64,000 nt of DNA from an uncultured Acidobacteriota bacterium (lineage in GTDB: Bacteria > Acidobacteriota > Thermoanaerobaculia > Gp7-AA8). The position numbers were made by a program, and so were the translations under genes. The stretch lies in assembly GCA_963741955.1 (NCBI GenBank), contig CAVUKB010000007.1, forward strand, positions 1,235,628 through 1,299,627, read 5' to 3'. Positions 42,985 through 52,058 of the stretch are shown here, piece by piece. The notes under the pieces are model-generated. The model had not been told where the DNA came from. It worked only from the letters and a program-made list of their open reading frames with translations, and ran no database searches. Every line of letters starts with the position of its first letter. The stretch's first letter is position 1.

Positions 42985-44943
42985 ATGAGGCGTTCTTACT
43001 GGTTGCTCGCATTGCTCCTGACCGTTGCGTGCGCAACGACGAAAACACCTCCGCCGGCTGCGACCGCCGAAGGGGGTCATCCACATCTCGCGGTCGGCTT
43101 CCGCTACTCGGCGTACGGGCCCGACTACAATCCGGGACCGGCCTATTGGAGTGGCGTCGGAGATCGGATGGTCTCGCGCTTTCCCGGTTCGAAGCCGGCG
43201 ACGGTGTGGATCGTCGGAAGGATCGCGGGCGAGGGAACGGAGCTCAGCTTCCCCGGCTCGAGTGACGATCCGCTGATCCGCTATGCGGACCAGGACGCGA
43301 ACGAGGCGGCGTTGACGCTCTTCGATCAGCGCGGGTTCGACTGCTGGCTCCAGGTCGAGCCGGGAAACGCTTCGGTGGAGAAGCTGATCGATATCGTGCT
43401 CGACCGCTACGGAAGCCATCCATGCGTGGTCGGCATCGGGGTCGATGTCGAATGGTTCCGATCCGTGGAAGAACCGGAGGGTGACGCGGTCACGGACGCC
43501 GACGCCTCGGCGTGGCTCGCCGCGGTGCGGCGACATGACCCCGCGTACCGCCTCTTCCTCAAGCACTGGATGGAAGAGAAGATGCCGCCGACGGTTCGGG
43601 AAGGAATTCTCTTCATCGACGACAGCCAGATCTTTCCCTCCCTCGACGCGATGATCGACGAATTCACGGAATGGGGCCGCTCCTTCGCGTCGGCGCCGGT
43701 GGGGTTCCAGTTCGGTTATCCGAGCGACCGTCCGTGGTGGCAGAAGCTCGACGATCCGGCGAAGGCGATCGGGCAACCGCTGGTCGAGCGGGTGCCGAAT
43801 CTCGAAGGGCTGTATTGGGTCGACTTCACCGTGCTGGACGTCTTTCCGCCGCCTCCGGACGTCGTCGCGGCTCACATGAAGGGATCCCCCGAGTGGGCGA
43901 CGAATCCGATCGTCGGGGTCAAGATGTACGAGCTCCCCGCCGATCTCGAACAGATGTTCGCGAAGTGGAACGAGCTCGGTGTGACGACGGCGTTCGTCGG
44001 AGAGAGTGTGGCGGAAGACGACGCGTTCCGACGCGCTGCATCCGAGCGAGGGGTCGACGTCTTCATCATCGTTCCGGTGTTTCAGAATCCGGAAGCGCTG
44101 AAGGCAGATCCCGATCTCGTCGCGATCACCTCGAAAGGAGCGCCCGCGAAGGACGACTGGGTGGAATTCGTCTGTCCGTCGCGGCAGTCTTACCGGGAGG
44201 AGAGGGTGCAGCACGTGCGTGATCTCGTGACGCGCCTCCACCCCCAGGGGGTGAGTCTCGATTTCATCCGCCACTTCGTCTTCTGGGAAAAGGTCCACCC
44301 GGGAACGAAGCACGGGGACATTCCGAACGCCTGCTTCTGCGACCACTGCGTGAAGGGGTTCACCGAAAAGAGCGGCATCGTGATTCCACCCGCCCTGCAC
44401 GAGACGCCGGAGGTCGCGGCCTGGATCCTCGAGAATCACGCTCGGGAGTGGACGGAGTGGAAGGTCGCACTGATCGATTCGATGGCGGAGGAGATCGCGA
44501 GCGCCGCGCACCAGGCCGACCCGCAGATCAGGATCAACATCCACGCCGTCCCGTGGCGGCGGACGGACTTCGGAGGAGCGATCCTCCGAAGCGCCGGCCA
44601 GGATTTCGAGACGCTCTCGAAATACGCGGACTACCTCTCACCGATGACTTACGCGCACATCCAGGGGCGGATGCCGGACTGGGTCCACTCCGTCGTGGTG
44701 CGCCTGAGCGAACAGTCGTCGGCGCCGGTGCTCCCGAGCATCCAGGTCGCAGAGGCGTACCGTCCCGGCGAGCCGTTCACGGTCGAAGAATTCGAGCAGA
44801 ATCTGTACGAAGCACTGAGGATGCCGTCGCGCGGCGTCGTCTTCTGGTCGTGGGAAGCGCTCGCGGCCGATCCGGCGAAGTTCCGGGTTGCGGTGGAGAT
44901 GATCGGAACCCGAACTGGAAAGAGAGGACGCGCAGGTTCATAG
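42985..44943 (+). CDS. Two-domain lipoprotein, putative glycoside hydrolase (C-terminal GHL10-like barrel)
   Basis: GAGGAG RBS; lipobox TVAC; C-terminal FVCPS, GVSLDFIRH, CFCDHC and DYLSPMTY; N-terminal unassigned domain with GVDVEW. Confidence 0.7.
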   Translation: MRRSYWLLALLLTVACATTKTPPPAATAEGGHPHLAVGFRYSAYGPDYNPGPAYWSGVGDRMVSRFPGSKPATVWIVGRIAGEGTELSFPGSSDDPLIRYADQDANEAALTLFDQRGFDCWLQVEPGNASVEKLIDIVLDRYGSHPCVVGIGVDVEWFRSVEEPEGDAVTDADASAWLAAVRRHDPAYRLFLKHWMEEKMPPTVREGILFIDDSQIFPSLDAMIDEFTEWGRSFASAPVGFQFGYPSDRPWWQKLDDPAKAIGQPLVERVPNLEGLYWVDFTVLDVFPPPPDVVAAHMKGSPEWATNPIVGVKMYELPADLEQMFAKWNELGVTTAFVGESVAEDDAFRRAASERGVDVFIIVPVFQNPEALKADPDLVAITSKGAPAKDDWVEFVCPSRQSYREERVQHVRDLVTRLHPQGVSLDFIRHFVFWEKVHPGTKHGDIPNACFCDHCVKGFTEKSGIVIPPALHETPEVAAWILENHAREWTEWKVALIDSMAEEIASAAHQADPQIRINIHAVPWRRTDFGGAILRSAGQDFETLSKYADYLSPMTYAHIQGRMPDWVHSVVVRLSEQSSAPVLPSIQVAEAYRPGEPFTVEEFEQNLYEALRMPSRGVVFWSWEALAADPAKFRVAVEMIGTRTGKRGRAGS

Positions 44944-45123
44944 TCGGGATCACGGCCTGCGCTCACCGGGTCACGATCGGAGCTCGTGATTGGAAGCAGC
45001 CACCGGTTCCGAGAGAGGGATCCCGCGGTCGCGGACGATCCGCTCGTGGATCCCGAGCGCAAACGATGAGCCTGTGCTGCTACGCAGTCATACTGGGGGC
45101 ATCCCCATCCTGGAGGTCTCTCG

Positions 45124-47403
45124 ATGCGCAGTACTCTCGCTGTTCTCGTCCTCGCGATGTTCGCAACCACACTCGCCGCCGCAGACCGGCAGCAGAGCGA
45201 GAAATTCTTCCCGATGGCGGTCTGGTATGGCGGAGGAACGGCGCGGGCGCCGATGCTCGAGCCCGACCCGGTCGCGAAGAAGGAGGCGTGGCGGAAGGAC
45301 GTACGGCAGATCCGCGCGCTCGGCTTCAACACCATCCGAGCGTGGGTCGACTGGGCCAGCGCGGAGCCGGAGGAAGGAGTGTTCGACTTCCGCACCATCG
45401 AGACGCTCGCGGATCTCGCACACGAAGAGGGTTTGCGGCTGGAGGTGCAGGTCTACATGGATTCCGCGCCGGCCTGGGTCGGACAGAAGTACCCCGACTC
45501 GCACTTCGTCTCCATCAGCGGAGAAGTCATGCCGTCGGAATCCGCTCCCGGCTACTGTTTCGACCATCCCGGCGTCCGGGCTGCGATGTTGAACTTCTAC
45601 TCGAAAGCTGCTGAGGCGATGAAGAGCAAGCCGGCGTTTCTAGCCTGGGATCTCTGGAGTGAGCCTCACATCATCAACTGGGCATACGAACCATGGGCGG
45701 AGAACACCGAGTACTGCTTCTGCCCTTACTCCGTGGCGCGGTTCCGCGACTGGGTCCGGACGAAGTACGGAACGCTCGACGCGCTGAACAAGGCGTGGTA
45801 CCGCCGCTTCAAGAGCTGGGACGAAGTGCGTCCGAACCGGCTCGGAACCATCCTCTCCTACACCGACTTCATCGACTGGCGGATGTTCATCCGTCAGAAG
45901 CTGGCCGGGGATCTCGCGGCGCGATACGAAGCAGTGAAGAGCGTGCTGCCCGACAAACTGGCGACGAGTCACGCCGCGATCCCGAACCTCTTCACCTCGC
46001 CACGGGCGGGCGATGGAAGTCCCGACGACCTGAAGATGACCGAGGTGGTCGACTACTTCGGGACGTCGTTCTATCCGAAGCATTCCATGCCGGTGGGGCA
46101 CGATCCGGCCTGGTGCGCAGCGCTCCTCGATTTCGCGAAGTCGAGCGGTTACGCGCGGCGGGACGGTTTCTGGATCGGCGAGCTGCAGGCGGGGTTCGGG
46201 ACCATTGCGTTGCACGTGAGCGCGCCGGTGACGCCTCAGGACGAGTCGATCTGGATCTGGAGCGCACTCGCTCGAGGCGCAAAAGCAGTGAACGTCTACG
46301 CGTACTACCCGATGAGCTCCGGATACGAATCGGGAGGATTCGGCCTGATCAATCTCGACGGAACCGTCACTCCGCGGGCGAAAGCGGCGGGAGCAGTCGC
46401 AGCGGCGGTCGACCGGAATCAGGAATTGTTTCTGAAGGCGCGGCCGATCCCGGCCGAAGTGGCGATCGTGTTCAATCCGCTCTCGTACATGGTGGGCGGT
46501 CGTCGTCCGCTCTGGGGTGGTGGGAGCGAAGCGGATCTCGCAGGCATCGAGACGCGCTCGATGCTCGGTCCGTACCGTGCTCTCTTCCCGACCAACGTCC
46601 CGCTGGATTTCATCCACGTCGACCAGATCGCGAAGGGAGAGGCGTCGAAGTACAAACTGATCATCCTTCCGTATCCGCTCATGCTCTCGCAGCCGGTCAG
46701 TGCCGCGCTGATCGAGTTCGTCCGGGCGGGAGGGACGCTGGTGACGGAAGCGCGTCCGGCCTGGAACGACGAGCGTGGGTACGCCACGGCGGTGATCCCC
46801 GGATCCGGTCTGGCCGAGGTCTGCGCCTGCCGTGAGGAGTCGGTGCAGAACACCCCGAGCGGAAAAACGGAGATGACGGTGGATGCCACCGGTTTCCCCG
46901 GCCTGGAGAAAGGGAACGTCCTCACGGGTTCCGTGTACCAGGAAGTTCTGGTGCCGGAATCGGGGCGTGCGCAGATTCTCGCGCGGTGGGCGAACGGGAA
47001 GCCGGCCATGATCGCATCGAGCTTCGGGAAGGGAAAGATGCTCACCATCGGAACGTTCTTCGGCGCCGGGTACGAGAGAAATCCGACCGCGATGATGGAT
47101 TCGTTCTACCGGGGGCTTCTCGACTGGGCGAAGATCGCGAATCCGGTCACTGCGAGCGACGGAGTGGAAGTCCGGATCCTGGAGAGCGGTCGCGATCGGA
47201 TCGCGGTGATAGTGAATCATGGAACTGAAGAAGTGACCCCAACCGTGCGGCTGGAAGGATTCACCGGGACGGCCGCGCGTGACCTGATGAGCGGTGAGCC
47301 GGTCGCATTGAAAAGCGACGGCGGCGCCATCGTGATTCAGCCGCGCATGGCCCCGGAGAGCGTTCTCGCGATCCACATCGGTGGTGCAGGCTCTGCGCGA
47401 TGA
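45124..47403 (+). CDS. GH42-like glycoside hydrolase, exported
   Basis: GFNTIRAW, EPEEGVFDF, YCFDHP, WDLWSEP, YGTLDALNKAW and WIGELQAG; C-terminal trimerisation domain (FVRAGGTLV). Confidence 0.85.
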   Translation: MRSTLAVLVLAMFATTLAAADRQQSEKFFPMAVWYGGGTARAPMLEPDPVAKKEAWRKDVRQIRALGFNTIRAWVDWASAEPEEGVFDFRTIETLADLAHEEGLRLEVQVYMDSAPAWVGQKYPDSHFVSISGEVMPSESAPGYCFDHPGVRAAMLNFYSKAAEAMKSKPAFLAWDLWSEPHIINWAYEPWAENTEYCFCPYSVARFRDWVRTKYGTLDALNKAWYRRFKSWDEVRPNRLGTILSYTDFIDWRMFIRQKLAGDLAARYEAVKSVLPDKLATSHAAIPNLFTSPRAGDGSPDDLKMTEVVDYFGTSFYPKHSMPVGHDPAWCAALLDFAKSSGYARRDGFWIGELQAGFGTIALHVSAPVTPQDESIWIWSALARGAKAVNVYAYYPMSSGYESGGFGLINLDGTVTPRAKAAGAVAAAVDRNQELFLKARPIPAEVAIVFNPLSYMVGGRRPLWGGGSEADLAGIETRSMLGPYRALFPTNVPLDFIHVDQIAKGEASKYKLIILPYPLMLSQPVSAALIEFVRAGGTLVTEARPAWNDERGYATAVIPGSGLAEVCACREESVQNTPSGKTEMTVDATGFPGLEKGNVLTGSVYQEVLVPESGRAQILARWANGKPAMIASSFGKGKMLTIGTFFGAGYERNPTAMMDSFYRGLLDWAKIANPVTASDGVEVRILESGRDRIAVIVNHGTEEVTPTVRLEGFTGTAARDLMSGEPVALKSDGGAIVIQPRMAPESVLAIHIGGAGSAR

Positions 47404-48332
47404 CTCGTCGAAAGGAGTCTCCCCGGGTCCTGGCGGTGGACCTCGGCGGGACGAAAATCGCAACCGCGGTGGTCGGTTCGACCGGCCGGCTCACTCAGGA
47501 GCACGAACAACCCGTCGACACGAGCTCTCCCGAATCACCGATCGACCAGATCGTCGCGTTGTACAGGGACACGGCGAGGACGAAAACCTCCGTCACGGCG
47601 ATCGGCATCGCAGTCCCCGGTCTGGTGCGACGTGACGGCACGGTGTGGGCGCCGAATCTCACCGGGTGGGATGCCGTGCCGCTCGCCCGTGAGCTTCGGC
47701 AGCGTCTCCGGCTCCCGGTTGCAGTGGAGAGCGACAGGAATGCAGCGGTGCTGGGTGAATCGTGGCGCGGCGCCGCCCGTGGAAAGAGTGACGTGATCGT
47801 GCTGATCGTCGGGACGGGAATCGGCGCGGGCATTCTCAGCGGCGGACGGCTGGTGCGTGGCGCGCACGAGCTGTCGGGCTGCGTTGGATGGATGGTGGTG
47901 ACCGATGCGCGGAGCGAGGAAGGAAAGCGCGTCGGATCACTCGAGGCGCTGGTCGGGGGACCTGCGCTCGCGCGTGCGGCGAACCTGAATGGCGCGGGCG
48001 CGGTGTCGGTCGCCGAGGCGGCTCGCAATGGGGACGAGGGTGCACGGGACGTGTTTCTGCAGGGAGGGTGGCGGCTCGGATTGGCCGTGGCGAATCTGGT
48101 GAGCCTGTTCGATCCGGAAGTGATCGTGCTCACTGGAGGCGTGACCAGTGCAGCCGATCTCTTCCTCGTCGAAACGAGACGGAGCGCGAACGAGTACGCG
48201 CAGCCGCTTTCGATGCCCGAAGTGGAGATCGTCGTCTCCGAGCTCGGTTCACGGGCGAACCTTCTCGGAGCCGCACGGCTCGCATTCGACGCGGCGACGG
48301 AAAAGAGAACCGGACGAAGGAGTCGAAGATGA
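47400..48332 (+). CDS. ROK family sugar kinase
   Basis: AVDLGGTKI, GIAVPG, ESDRNAA and VGTGIGAG. Confidence 0.9.
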   Translation: MTRRKESPRVLAVDLGGTKIATAVVGSTGRLTQEHEQPVDTSSPESPIDQIVALYRDTARTKTSVTAIGIAVPGLVRRDGTVWAPNLTGWDAVPLARELRQRLRLPVAVESDRNAAVLGESWRGAARGKSDVIVLIVGTGIGAGILSGGRLVRGAHELSGCVGWMVVTDARSEEGKRVGSLEALVGGPALARAANLNGAGAVSVAEAARNGDEGARDVFLQGGWRLGLAVANLVSLFDPEVIVLTGGVTSAADLFLVETRRSANEYAQPLSMPEVEIVVSELGSRANLLGAARLAFDAATEKRTGRRSRR

Positions 48333-49078
48333 GTGTGGAAGCTTTCTCAGCTGCGATCACCACGGTGCTGGAGCGGGTATGGGAGACTCAGTCGGGCGCG
48401 ATCCGGAGAGCTGCGGGCATGATGGCCGACACCGCGGAGAGGGGCGGGCTGGTGCATCTGTTCGGCAGTGGCCACTCGGTTCTTCCGGTGCAGGACGTCT
48501 TCCCTCGATATGGGAGCTTTCCGGTTTTCCACCCGCTGATGGACTCACGCCTGATGTGGCAGACGGTGCTCGGTTCGGGCGGCGCACGCGGGCTCTTATG
48601 GCTGGAACGGCAGGAAGGCTACGCTTCGGTACTGTTCGAGAATGAGCCGATCCAGGAAGGCGACGTGATGATCGTTTTCTCTCACGGCGGGCTGAACGCG
48701 GCGGGAATCGAAGTCGCGACGGAATCGCGGAAGAGAGGACTGCGTGTGGTCGCGATCACGTCGATGGACAACCAGCGGAGCCGCGAAGCGACGCATTCCA
48801 GCGGAAAGAAGCTGTCGGACCTCGCCGACGTCGTGATCGACAACTGCGTCCCGGCGCGGGATGCGCTGGTCGACGTCGACGGATGGAAAGCTCCGGTCGC
48901 AGCCGGATCCACGGTCGCCACGACTGCGATCGCCATGGCCATCGTCGCAGAGGTCGCGTCGGAGCTGGCGAAGCGCGGGATCATCCTGCCGGTATTCGTC
49001 TCGCCGAACGTCAAGGACATTCCGCAGGACAACAACGCGAAGGTGTTCGCGGCATACGAAAAGGCGGTGAAGCGATGA
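48329..49078 (+). CDS. Single SIS-domain sugar-phosphate isomerase-like protein
   Basis: LFGSGHS, FSHGG, VAITS and ADVVIDNCVP; ATGA overlaps with both neighbours. Confidence 0.85.
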   Translation: MSVEAFSAAITTVLERVWETQSGAIRRAAGMMADTAERGGLVHLFGSGHSVLPVQDVFPRYGSFPVFHPLMDSRLMWQTVLGSGGARGLLWLERQEGYASVLFENEPIQEGDVMIVFSHGGLNAAGIEVATESRKRGLRVVAITSMDNQRSREATHSSGKKLSDLADVVIDNCVPARDALVDVDGWKAPVAAGSTVATTAIAMAIVAEVASELAKRGIILPVFVSPNVKDIPQDNNAKVFAAYEKAVKR

Positions 49079-50253
49079 ACGACACCGCCGCGACGTCGAG
49101 GGCTCCGCTCTTCTGGTCCGCGGCAGGAGGGATGTTCGTCTTCGGCATCGTCCTCGCGATCCTCGGGGCGCTCTTCGGGCTTCCGGAGATGCGCGAGCGC
49201 CTGGGGATCGACCTCGCCCAGCAGGGGAATGTCTTTCTTCTCCTCTTTTTCGGCGTCTTTCTCGCGACCGTCTTCGCGGGTCCCGCGATCGACAGCTTCG
49301 GGAACAAGTATGTCCTGACACTCTCCTCCGCGCTGGTCACGGCAGGATTGATCGTCTTCGTGTTCGCCGGCTCGTACCGGGCGGCGCTCGTGGCCGCGTT
49401 CGTCCTCGGGTTCGGTGGAGGAGGATTGAACACGTCGACCAACGCGATGGTCTCCGACATCTACGCCGAGAGACGCGGAGCGATGCTGAATCTTCTCGGC
49501 GTCTTCTTCGGATTCGGCGCGCTCTTCATCCCGCTCCTCGCCGCAGTGATCCTCGGTGTCGTCGGTCCGGTGCAACTCCTCTGGATCGCGGCCGCGCTCG
49601 CGGCGCTCTCTTTCGTGGCGTATGCCCTGCTGCGCTTTCCTCCTGCGAGGGAGCGCGTGGCGTTTTCGCCGCTCGGTGTGCTCAGGGCGGCCCGGCATCC
49701 CGGCGTGCTTCTGATTGCTGCGATGCTTTTCTTCCAGTCGGGGAACGAGGCATCGATCGGAGGGTGGACCTCGACATATCTCGGATCGACCGGCGCGTCT
49801 GCGCGCATCGCGACGTGGATTCTGGCCGGCTACTGGGCCGCGATGATGGCGGGCCGGGCCCTGAGTGCGAAACTTCTCGGCTCGATGAGCAAGACGACTC
49901 TGGTGCTCGCGAGCGCGATCGGCTCCGCCATCGGCGCGCTGGTGCTCCTCGTCTCGACCTCAATTCCGGTGATGGCCGCAGGGGCGGTCCTGATCGGACT
50001 CTCCTTCGCCGCAATCTATCCGACCATCCTCGCCATCGCGGGCGACCGGTATCCCGAAGACACGGGAAGCGTGTTCGGTCTTCTCTTCGCGATCGGTCTT
50101 CTCGGAGGGATGGCCTTTCCGTGGGGAGTGGGACAGATCTCGGAGGCGTGGGGCGTTCGGATGGGGATGGTGCTGCCGCTCATCGGCGCGTCGTTCATCG
50201 CGGTGCTGATTGCTTTCGTGGGGTCGAAACGCTCCGCATCGGTTCCAGCCTGA
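49075..50253 (+). CDS. MFS transporter
   Basis: GPAIDSFGNK loop and FFGFGA; about 12 TM segments. Confidence 0.9.
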   Translation: MNDTAATSRAPLFWSAAGGMFVFGIVLAILGALFGLPEMRERLGIDLAQQGNVFLLLFFGVFLATVFAGPAIDSFGNKYVLTLSSALVTAGLIVFVFAGSYRAALVAAFVLGFGGGGLNTSTNAMVSDIYAERRGAMLNLLGVFFGFGALFIPLLAAVILGVVGPVQLLWIAAALAALSFVAYALLRFPPARERVAFSPLGVLRAARHPGVLLIAAMLFFQSGNEASIGGWTSTYLGSTGASARIATWILAGYWAAMMAGRALSAKLLGSMSKTTLVLASAIGSAIGALVLLVSTSIPVMAAGAVLIGLSFAAIYPTILAIAGDRYPEDTGSVFGLLFAIGLLGGMAFPWGVGQISEAWGVRMGMVLPLIGASFIAVLIAFVGSKRSASVPA

Positions 50254-50301
50254 CCCAGGGCTCACGCCCTGGCTACAGGTATTTCGTCCGCTTCGCGGAC
50301 T
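50254..50301. repeat. Single REP-like element between convergent genes
   Basis: CCAGGGC-TCAC-GCCCTGG hairpin followed by CTAC (GTAG on the minus strand), then GTCCGC-TTC-GCGGAC. Confidence 0.6.
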
Positions 50302-50330
50302 CCGACGGATTACGACGGATCCGGCACGAC

Positions 50331-52058
50331 TCACTCCGACACCCCCGCGAGGACGAACACCAGAGGCGCGTTCCAGTTGATGGCGATCTCGTTGCTCGCA
50401 TACGAAGGCTCGTCATCCACATACATCTTTCCCGGAGGCGTACCGCGGGGCATCCGCTTCAGCGACGGATCCTGGCGGTTCCGGTTCGGACCGCCGGCGA
50501 GGAGTCCCGGCCAGGGTGCGAGGTTGTCGTCGGCGACGCTCGGTGCGTGGTGGGGATGCATGACCGGTCGCGCTCCGGCTCCGGTGACCCACGAGAGCGA
50601 GAACGGATTGCGGCCGAGGAGGTAGTGCACGATCTCGAGTGCGGCTTCGCGGTATGAGGAGTCGGGCTCGAGCTCGTTCGCGACGAGAAGCTGCACGCCG
50701 TATTCTGCGGCGACACCATTGGAGCCCCATACATAGTCGTCCGTCTGAAGCGGGATGTGATAGCCGTGCTTCCTGGAGCGCTCGACGATCGCATGCGCCG
50801 CGCGCAGCGAGCGTTCGCGAATCGTGGCGACGGTCGCCGCATCGCCCTTCCCGCTCAATGCGTACGTCCATGCCGCCATGGCGCCGACCTCGCGCCAGTT
50901 CGGGGGATTGTCTTCCTCGATGGAGTCGATCGCATCCTTCGAGTGCGCGACGAACCACCTGCCGACCGCTTCGTCCCCGGTGGTTCGCCAGATCTCTGCT
51001 GCTGCCCAGAGGCGCTCGTCGCTGCAATCGCGATCGGCGTATTCGCCGGTGACGACGCCACGCGGATTGCGGCGAAATGCGACATTCGGATGTTTCTCCA
51101 GCCAGTTCCACGCGCTCATCGCCGCGTCGCGCGTGCGGGAGGCGAACGCGTCGTCGAATGGAGCGTAGACCCGCGACGCGATGGCCATTGTCGACGCGAA
51201 TTCCGCAGTCGCACAGGAGCTCTTGTACGGCGCCGATCCGGTGCCGACGACGTAGCTGATCCACGGATCTTCGTCCGGTGCAGTCTCGAGTGTGGCGAAA
51301 TCCTCACTGGTCTGTTTGTGCCAGACTCCGCCGTCTTTGTCCTGCATCGACAGCATCCACTCGAGATTCCAGCGAACCTCGTCGAGAAAGTCGGGAACGT
51401 CGTTGTTCGATTCGGGAATTGCGAGGTCGAGATCACGAAGCGCGGCGGGGAAGATCTCCCACGCCCAGAGGAGCGTTCCGGTACTGATCCCGGAGTTCAC
51501 GACGTAGCGGCCGTAGTCGCCCGCGTCGTGCCATCCTCCTGCGGACGGATGTTCACCCTTCCGACCGGAGCTCGCATGGTATCCGCCGGAGAGATGACAC
51601 GCCGCGTGTTCGTAGCCCGGAAATTCGGGCGCGAGGTCGACGGCGATCCCGCAGCGCTGGCCGTAGTAGCTTCGGGTCGCGAGCCGCAGGAGATTCGAAT
51701 AGGGGGCAGTGCTGATCGTGAACGGATCGCTCGATCCCACTCCTTCGATCCGCAGCTCGTAGACCCCTTCCGACGTCAGGGGAGAGAAGTCGGCCAGACG
51801 AATCGTCTCGCCCGAGTCGCGGGCGTTGATCGCATCACCGAGCGAGCCGCGGTAGACGGTCTCGCCGTCGCTCACGCGGTGGACCGAGAATTCCGATCCG
51901 GCAGCAGGATGTACGACCGCCGCGAGTTTGGGAGCGTTTGCGGGATAGCCGATCTGGTCGATGCGAATCGCAGACGGCGGCTGTTCCGCTGCGAAGAGGC
52001 CGAGAGAGAAGAACGAAAGAAGAGCCGCGAACCCGAACGCTGATGGTCGCATCAACAT
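50331..52058 (-). CDS. GH9 glycoside hydrolase with N-terminal Ig-like domain
   Basis: IDQIGY, GGWHDAGDYGRY, YLLGRNP and SYASNEIAINWNA; signal peptide. Confidence 0.93.
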   Translation of the reverse strand: MLMRPSAFGFAALLSFFSLGLFAAEQPPSAIRIDQIGYPANAPKLAAVVHPAAGSEFSVHRVSDGETVYRGSLGDAINARDSGETIRLADFSPLTSEGVYELRIEGVGSSDPFTISTAPYSNLLRLATRSYYGQRCGIAVDLAPEFPGYEHAACHLSGGYHASSGRKGEHPSAGGWHDAGDYGRYVVNSGISTGTLLWAWEIFPAALRDLDLAIPESNNDVPDFLDEVRWNLEWMLSMQDKDGGVWHKQTSEDFATLETAPDEDPWISYVVGTGSAPYKSSCATAEFASTMAIASRVYAPFDDAFASRTRDAAMSAWNWLEKHPNVAFRRNPRGVVTGEYADRDCSDERLWAAAEIWRTTGDEAVGRWFVAHSKDAIDSIEEDNPPNWREVGAMAAWTYALSGKGDAATVATIRERSLRAAHAIVERSRKHGYHIPLQTDDYVWGSNGVAAEYGVQLLVANELEPDSSYREAALEIVHYLLGRNPFSLSWVTGAGARPVMHPHHAPSVADDNLAPWPGLLAGGPNRNRQDPSLKRMPRGTPPGKMYVDDEPSYASNEIAINWNAPLVFVLAGVSE

